A stretch of 64,000 bases of DNA from Amoebidium appalachense (taxonomy: Eukaryota > Protista > Ichthyosporea), in assembly GCA_963693365.1 (NCBI GenBank), contig CAVNZM010000009.1, positions 8,413,408-8,477,407 on the forward strand, read 5' to 3'. The notes beneath the pieces are model-generated. The model did no database searches. It was not told the origin of the DNA and saw only the letters and a list, made by a program, of their open reading frames with translations. Positions 52,747 through 64,000 of the stretch are shown here, piece after piece (within the stretch, counting starts at the first letter, position 1; each line of letters begins with the position of its first letter). A program made the translations under genes and the position numbers.

Positions 52747-53449
52747 GGGGAGGGGGGGGGGAGGGGGGGGGGGGGGGGGATGTGAGTCACAAAGATGATT
52801 TTTAAAAGGGAAAGGACGGTAGGGTATTTGAACTTGGGCAATGAGAATGGCTTGCTGAGAAGCTTTTTGACGTTTTTAATGGATTTGAAAGAGCCCTCGA
52901 CAAAGCAACCAAAACATAGACACCTGGACATTGGTCATTGAACTTGAAATGGGGTGGTTGGGTAAAACATGAATAAATGATACCGTATACGTATGATTAT
53001 CGTCCGACTCGCTAAGTGTACAACCGTTTTTTAACCTGTATATTTAACCCCATACTAGTCTCTCTCCCGTCCCCCCCCCCCCCCCCCCCCCCTCCTCCTC
53101 CTCCTCCCCACCTCCCTTCCCCAGGGCCCCGGGCGTCCTCCCCTCCTCTCCCATTCTACCTTCCGAATCTAGTTCTCTTTAAGAATTTTTATACCTCCGC
53201 GCACCCAAGCACACAATGTCCATTTCATGTGAAGATACAGGAGAGAGGGGAAAGCAAGTTGAAAGAGCCTGAGAGGTCTGGTATATGGGCTGGGGAATGG
53301 AGGGGGGAGGGGAGGGGGGCAGTAATGGTGTGTGTGTGTGTGTGGAGGGGTGGGTGGGTGGGTGTGTGGTGGTGGTGGGGGGGGGGGGGGGGGGGGGGGG
53401 GGGGAGGGGGATGGCAGTAATGGTGGGAGGGACATGGGTGTGTGTGTGT

Positions 53450-53504
<55 letters not shown>

Positions 53505-53506
<2 letters not shown>

Positions 53507-54195
53507 GGACCTGGCCAGTGACGAGTGGATCTGTGCCTTGTGTACAAGCTTAACGGTGGAAAGGATGGGTGGGTTTCGTGTGTGTGCCCCCCCCCTCGCT
53601 CTCCCCCCCCCCCCCCCCCCTCCCTTGTGGATGTGTGTTTGGAGATGGGGGGGGGGGGGAGGGTGGGGGGGGGGGGGGGGGGGGGGGGAGAAAGGGGGGA
53701 GGGGGGAAGCAGGATGTCACAATTTGTAGACAGAAGTCCCTATTTAGATTGACCCCTTTGCTGTGATCAAGCGATGTTTTGAATAAATGACAACTAATTA
53801 ACCTTACGGAATGTTGACATACGAATCGTTTTCAATCCACTGATAACGGTTTCGGCTAACTCGATTGCATCAAACAAATCTCTGGTTGAAAGAGGAGGGG
53901 TGGAGGAGGGAGAGGTGGGAGGAGGAGGAAAGAAGTGGGGGGAGGATGGAGGAAGTGGGGGGACTCGAGGGGGGGGGGGGGGGGGGGGGGGTTGGACCTG
54001 GCCAACAAAGAAAGGGTTTGTGCCTTGTGTACAGTATGTGCACAAGTGACACTGTGGTGAGGATGGCTGCACGTGGGTGGCTCAACGTGTTGGTGTGTGT
54101 TTCCTTCGCTTCTTGTATATTTTTCCCTTCCTTCCCCGCCCACCCCCCCGCCCCCCTCCGCGCCCTGCCCCCTCTCCACCTCCCTCTCCCTCCCT

Positions 54196-54226
<31 letters not shown>

Positions 54227-54540
54227 GGGAGGGGGTTTGAAGAGGGGGGGGGGGGGGGGGGGACAGCAGTGTGTTGTGGATGTGTGTTTGGGACAGGGGG
54301 AGGGGGTGGGGGGGGGGGGGGGGGGGGGGGGGGGATTGACTTAATTTATGGAAAGAAGGCCCCATTTAGATTTACCCCTTTTACTGTGAATTTGTGGTGT
54401 TATGACTCAGTCCGAATCACATCTAGCCCAAGGGACGGTGCCGTGCAAATTGTTTACACTCCGCGGAACAGTTTCAACCATGTGATATGTCTGACACCGT
54501 CTAAAAACCCTATTGCATCAAACAAATCACTGAATGAAAG
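53505..54540. repeat. Diverged ~490-bp-period tandem duplication between the convergent SNARE and UAP1 genes
   Basis: Colinear matches occur twice: ggacctggcca, tgtgccttgtgtaca, tggatgtgtgtttgg, atttagatt(g/t)acccc, attgcatcaaacaaatc. Confidence 0.8.
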
Positions 54541-54800
54541 CCGCTCAACAGCTATCAGACACTTTTTGCTTTCGACTCGAAGGAAAAATACCGAATATTG
54601 ATTTTCGTAACTTCAAACACCCGCAAAACAGCTAATCAAACAGGTGCTACGCAAATCAAACAGGTGCTACGAGGTCACAATCAGATTTCACGGCAAGCAA
54701 AACGAAATACAACAAAACACCTGCAAAAATTACAGACGAGTGCATTACAAAGAAACTAATTCTACCTAGAGTGAACCACTGGATTTTAGTATAACCGACT

Positions 54801-56330
54801 TCAAACACAGAAACTGGCGACTGGTGATAGGAAGAGAGCCGGGCATTCCCGCGTGAACATTTTCCCTTGGCACAAAGCCTGAAGCCCCTCCCCGTCGTAA
54901 GATACTGTAGGCGAGATCTCACAAGGGACGTTTTCGCACTCAAAAGATCCCCCAGCCGCCTTAACCATTTTCCGGCACAAAGCCATTTGCCGATTACGGC
55001 AATCGGACGGTGTGTCCGCTGGCGCCCCCTCCGCATTTTTCAGAGGAGCGAACTCATCGTCGCGATCTACGTAGAGAACCATTAGGTTCTTGGCGAACTG
55101 GAACACGTCGAAAATGAACATTTCCATCTTAATGCCGTTGTTTGCGGTGGGTTTAACGGGGTTTCCCATTGTGTCCACTGTGGGAATTTTCTTCTTTGCA
55201 ATGTGCAGGGGGAGGGAGTGGAGGTTGGTTGTGCAAATATCACGGAGGAACTCAATACTGAAGAAATGGTTGCAGATGTTGCCGGCGTCGTACGTGAGCG
55301 TACCATCGGGATCGCGCATCTGAGCGACCATCTGCGAGATCTCCGAATATTCAACCACGCGATAACAGTTATCGCACTGGCACACAACACCCACGGCCTC
55401 CTTAGGCTCCACCTTCTGAACAACTTTCGCGCCGCAATCCGCCTCCCGTTCGATGCAGAAACCCATGAAAACGGGGTCAGCTACCTTAACCAACACATTA
55501 TCTACACAATATGCGTGCACGTACTTGATTCCGCGGCGTTCCATATCATCCATCACTCCGCCTGTCACCAGAGCGCGGTAAATACCACCGTTACCGTCCG
55601 GTGCTTCGGCGACTCTTGACTTAGTCTCGAGAATAATCTTCCCGTCCATCGTAAGACAAGGGAGCGTGTTCTGTTGGAAGAAAATGATGTTTGCAGAGTC
55701 AAGACCGAAGAAGTTGTTTGCCTCGAAAAACGAAACAGTGCGTGCGTGTGTTGGCTCGGAGGTCATGACGTACCAAGGGATGGTGCATTTTTCCCCCGAC
55801 TCTGCCGAGGCAATATCCTGCAACCTGCGAATGCGCTCACCTTGAAGCTGGAAAAGAGACTTTCCCGATGGCAGACCAACATTATACATTCCCTTGGGGT
55901 CGGCAGAACCAAGGCGTGTTCCCTGTCCTCCGGCGAGAAGAATTACACCAACAGTACCGTTCATAATTTCGTTAATACCGATTGTGCGCCAACGAGACAT
56001 GTTCTCGACCGACTCTTCTTTCGTGTCAGCAAACAGCTGTTTAGGAAGAGGGGCGATGCAGGCGTCCAGGTTTCTTAACTCCTCAGCGTCCATCGTCAGC
56101 CTGTTAAAGTAGCTGTTGATGACGTTGAAGTTAATCTTCCCCGTGCACTCTACCAGTTGTGCCTTTTCCTCCGCCGAGAGCGTGTTCCAGAATTTGAAAA
56201 GGTGCCCCTGCCCGGCTGCCTCAGCGGCACTGCGAACAGACTGGGCTTGTTGGTCAAATTTGGTCATTATTGGTTGAACTTCGTCACAAGTGACGAGCTC
56301 AACGGCCGTGCTACTCTGATTAGGTGCCAT
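54801..56330 (-). CDS. UAP1: UDP-N-acetylglucosamine pyrophosphorylase, intronless, ~509 aa
   Basis: LLAGGQGTRLGSADPKG signature, APDGNGG, YCVDNVLVKVADPVF, VVEYSEI, HIAKKKIP, NGIKMEMFIFDVF, EFAPLKN. First ATG at 56330. Confidence 0.96.
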   Translation of the reverse strand: MAPNQSSTAVELVTCDEVQPIMTKFDQQAQSVRSAAEAAGQGHLFKFWNTLSAEEKAQLVECTGKINFNVINSYFNRLTMDAEELRNLDACIAPLPKQLFADTKEESVENMSRWRTIGINEIMNGTVGVILLAGGQGTRLGSADPKGMYNVGLPSGKSLFQLQGERIRRLQDIASAESGEKCTIPWYVMTSEPTHARTVSFFEANNFFGLDSANIIFFQQNTLPCLTMDGKIILETKSRVAEAPDGNGGIYRALVTGGVMDDMERRGIKYVHAYCVDNVLVKVADPVFMGFCIEREADCGAKVVQKVEPKEAVGVVCQCDNCYRVVEYSEISQMVAQMRDPDGTLTYDAGNICNHFFSIEFLRDICTTNLHSLPLHIAKKKIPTVDTMGNPVKPTANNGIKMEMFIFDVFQFAKNLMVLYVDRDDEFAPLKNAEGAPADTPSDCRNRQMALCRKMVKAAGGSFECENVPCEISPTVSYDGEGLQALCQGKMFTRECPALFLSPVASFCV

Positions 56331-57502
56331 TTTTTCATAGAGTTTGAATGTTTGGTGAAGCGACAAAATGTTGTGTCTACTTGTGTGCGTGAAGCAATGA
56401 AGAAATCGACGCTTGGCTGTGCAGTGAAACAGTCTGTTGAAGTAGAGTTTTAAAAGCGGTTGAGTTACCTAAACACTACGCCTTCCTTTTTGGTATAGAT
56501 GTTTAGTGACTCGCACTGAAAGGCCGAGATGCACAAATGGCCGGAGGTAGTGGTGGGGGCAAAGATATGGATGAAGGTGCCGCGCAGCATGACTACACAT
56601 GTCGGATTCTGTTTGGTAATGAGATCTATTCCAGCAGATTAGGCTCCAATTTGATCTGATTGGTGAATACTAATTTATCACACCCTTAGCCAATCATTGT
56701 TTTTGAATCAGGAAGAGATGTGCAAATTGAATGGCAATCGTTCAGGCAACGCGTACGCAGCCTGGTCAAAGCCTAATTTCCAGGGTTTGCTACATTCATT
56801 GCATTTGGTCTATTAAAATAATTCTCCTCTTTAACGCCTACTATATAATGATTTTCAAAACTGATATCGTTTTTGTTCTTTTAAATTAAGAAAACCCATT
56901 ACACACACATGTGGGCATGACTTATCATATCGATATATCAATGTCATTTGATGACCACGCGCATAAATGTATATAATATAGACATGGAGTTGTTGAAAAT
57001 TCAAAATTATCGAAAAGAATTTTATATTTATATTGTAGCAAAAAGTTACAAAGTTTTTGCCGGCGTGTGCGATCACAGCAAGGTGGCTGTACAGCTATTT
57101 GTGGTTTTTAAGAGTCTGCTGCGCTCAGATCTACCAATCGGAACAAGCTCAATCAAAATCTATTTGCCAATAGTTAGCTAGCATTCGTGTCCTGTACACG
57201 TGTATCGGCACACTTTCCAACACGTGAACGTTAGTGATATGCATGCTAGACGAGCTTTTTGATAGCCACGCCTTGGGGAGAGAGGAGGCCTATTAGCTGG
57301 GCCAGACCCTCGGCGTGACGTCATGTAGACTCTTCACATGCATTCACATGCTCTGTACACTTGGGAAGTTCGAAACAACCTCTCAACTACTTTGTCCGCT
57401 CAACGTTAAAAGTGTGCACATCTAAACACATATACACACACGGGCACGTACACGTACACACACACACACAGCATCACACAAAAAATTGACGATGTGTGTG
57501 TG

Positions 57503-57562
<60 letters not shown>

Positions 57563-57602
57563 ATGTGTGTGTACGTGTGTGTGTGTGTGTGTGCATGTGT
57601 TT

Positions 57603-57646
<44 letters not shown>

Positions 57647-58008
57647 ACGTGTGCTTGTGACATGTGTGTGTTTGTGTGACCGTGCTTGCTTCTGGTTCGT
57701 GATTACTCTGCTGTCTGGGTAGGGTGCACGTGAGTGGTTAGATGTCTGTGTGACCTTGTTTTTTATTAAAATGTGCATGTGTGTGTGCACTAATGGTGTG
57801 TGCACGTATGTGTGTCAACGTGTTTGTGTGCGTGTTTGAAAGGTGGTTGAGGGAGGTCGTTGAAGGAAATGATGACCGCCCGTTGGGGAAGGAGGGGGGA
57901 GAGAGGGGGGGGGATCTACAAAACGAGTGAATGGCATATAAGCCACACCGTGCATATATTAGCAGCACCGTAAGAGACCGAATGCCCACGCGGGAGGAGT
58001 GGGGGAGA

Positions 58009-58048
<40 letters not shown>

Positions 58049-58783
58049 AGGGAACAGGAAGGATTGTACCAGATTTATTGATTATGAGTAAACAAAAAAA
58101 AACCAAATGTTCAACAAATTAACTTGGAGTAGGCTACTGTACTTTCAAAGAGTCATTATTGTTCCCACGAAGTAAATTCATCAGCACAGCCAGTTACACT
58201 TAGCATATACAGATTTACACTAAGTGTCCATGCAGTGATTGAAAAAAGGGGAAAACAAAACAAAACAAAAAAACCCCCCCTGACATTCCAGTAGAAGTGC
58301 ACACAACATCCTAACCGTGCTCTCACGCTTGCAGTGTCCAAACATACTCGACCAATGTCAGCAAAAGAGCCGGAGATAAGAATATGATTGTTTACTAACA
58401 ACGAGACAGGGGAATCTGCAAACCTATAATATACATTCGTTTTGGGTTTGTGTAAAACATTGTCTGTCCAATGTGCAAACGATGACGATGGATGCCCCCC
58501 CCCCCCCCCCCCCCCCTCCCCCCTCCCCCCCCCCCCCCTCCCTCCCCCCCCCCCCCCCCCTCTTCCCCTCTCTCCTGCTCCCCTCATCTCCTTTTTTTTA
58601 TATTTTTTTTTAATCATAGTTGAACAATTTACCTGTGTGTGTGATATGTACCTCTAACATTCTATTCTTTTTCTGATTATGTATGTCAATGATTGTGTCT
58701 TTGGTTTTGGGTACGTACACGTGCACATACATACGTGGTGGTGGCCGTAAAACAGTCTGTCAAAGAACAGCATGTTCCACATT

Positions 58784-58945
58784 CTATCGCCTCTGATAGG
58801 TGCAGAACTGATATTTGATGCTGCCCTCCTCCACCATAGACCCCTCCTCTTTGAGTTCGAATACAGATTCATCCACTGTGGCAACATAGGTGTAAGCCGG
58901 AAAATTCACAGAAACACATAAAAAACTATGAAGTGCATTGATGTG

Positions 58946-59004
<59 letters not shown>

Positions 59005-59897
59005 ACGTGTGTATGTACGTGTCTTGCGAGTTCCGCGGCCGTGTGTGCGCGTGCGCGCGCGTGCGTGCGTGCATGCGCGTGCGTGCGTGTGTGCGTGTGA
59101 GTGTGTGTGCACGTGTGTATGTACGTGTCTTGCGAGTTCCGCGGCCGTGCGTGTGAGTGGCAAAACCTAAATGTGGGTATGGGTGAAATGTGTGTTGCAC
59201 ATTTGAGTAAGTATGTGGATGCTAAACAATGATATGTTTGCGTGTTGTGGTGTGTATTCCATAGGTGTACGAGCACGTGCATGTGTGTATCTGAATGGGT
59301 AGGTGTATGTGTATGCATGCACTATCCACGTGACCGTGCATGTATACTTGTGTGTGTGTGTGTGTGGATGTGTACTAGTCCGGTCATCTCCTCCTCTTTG
59401 TTATTTCTTCCCTCCTGCACCTACCCCCGTCCAAGAATAAAAAAAAATAAAAGTAAGAGTAGAGGGGCTAGGGGGGGGAGGGGGGGGGGGGGGGGGGAGG
59501 AGGGGGGGAGGAAGGGAGGGGGGGAGAGGGGGGGGGGGGGGGGGGGGGGGGAGGGGGGGGCTGGCTCTACGGAAGAGACTATGCAGAAACCGAATCAAAA
59601 CAGACAAGTGCGTGTGTGTGTGTGTGTAGGGTACAGCATCCACTTTTCGAGTATATAGGCTCCAAATTGGTCATGCCAGAATGAAACTGTGTTTGTGTCC
59701 GTTTCGTTTGGTTCTTCTTCTTCCTCCTCCCCCCCCCGCCCCCCCCTTCCCCCGGCCAGCGCCACCACGAAGAAGAAAAAACTTCATTTATTTTGGTGCT
59801 TGTGTTTGCGTATGTGTGTCCGAGGGGATGGAGGGGGGGGGGGGGGGGGGGGATGTCTCTTATGCACCGATGAAAGTGTGCTTAAGGGAAAAAAAAA

Positions 59898-59994
<97 letters not shown>

Positions 59995-60215
59995 ACCCAC
60001 CTTTTGGGAAAAATGCATCACAACCAAAATCACCCATGACCTTCGTGTAGTAAATTGTACCACAGAGAGGTGATTGGATGGCGTCCCGATAAACGGCCGC
60101 ACCACCAATCACAAACACTTGTGAAATGTCGTCGGCGTGAGGTGGGTGGGTGAGAATGGAAAGGGCAGATTCCAGACTGGGTACTACTTGCACACCGGCT
60201 GGCACATCTTCTTGT
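58784..60215 (-). CDS. DHFR: Dihydrofolate reductase, last two exons (60215-60001, 58875-58784); upstream exons not seen in window
   Basis: SLESAL...VFVIGGAAVYRDAI...IYYTKVMGDFGCDAFFPK|VDESVF...EEGSIKYQFCTYQRR*. GT-AG phase-1 intron. The stop follows the DHFR domain directly, so there is no TS fusion. Confidence 0.88.
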
Positions 60216-60380
60216 CTGTTTATTTATTTTGTTTTATTTTTGTTTACCGGTTTTTTTTTTTTTGGGGGGGGGGGGGTGGGGGAGGGGGGGGGGGGGGGGG
60301 AGGGGGGGGGGGGAGGGAGGGGAGGGAGGGAAATGGGGGGTTGGTTGGTTTGTTAAGGACGAAGGGGGGGGGGGGGGGGG

Positions 60381-64000
<3,620 letters not shown>

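Overview
Eukaryotic, intron-rich genomic DNA whose introns and intergenic regions are packed with (C)n/(G)n, (CA)n/(GT)n and (GA)n tracts. Most ORFs in the supplied track are artefacts of these repeats. Genes reconstructed by hand: a 38+-exon ABCA transporter (minus, ATG at 28139, running off the left edge, all introns GT-AG and phase-consistent), a frameshifted RAP-domain protein remnant (plus, ~35.3-36.3 kb), SAGA subunit TADA1/ADA1 (minus, 7 exons, 38780-48689), an intronless SNAP-25-family SNARE (plus), an intronless UDP-GlcNAc pyrophosphorylase UAP1 (minus), and the last two exons of a monofunctional DHFR (minus). The gene set suggests an opisthokont protist (inference). The most interesting part is a Penelope-like retroelement upstream of the two visible DHFR exons, probably intronic. 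Its ORF ends in the RT with no C-terminal GIY-YIG, consistent with the Naiad/Chlamys architecture. Its ~2.2-kb non-coding 3' region is built from hairpin-rich modules separated by C-tracts. A near-identical 5'-truncated copy sits in a TADA1 intron, and several short diverged C-tract-flanked copies of the terminal module lie in ABCA and TADA1 introns, all in the sense orientation. Together these form a candidate RT + structured-RNA + SINE-like system linked to the C-tracts. There are also repeated tandem duplications centred on splice junctions, and several introns with complementary repeats at opposite ends.
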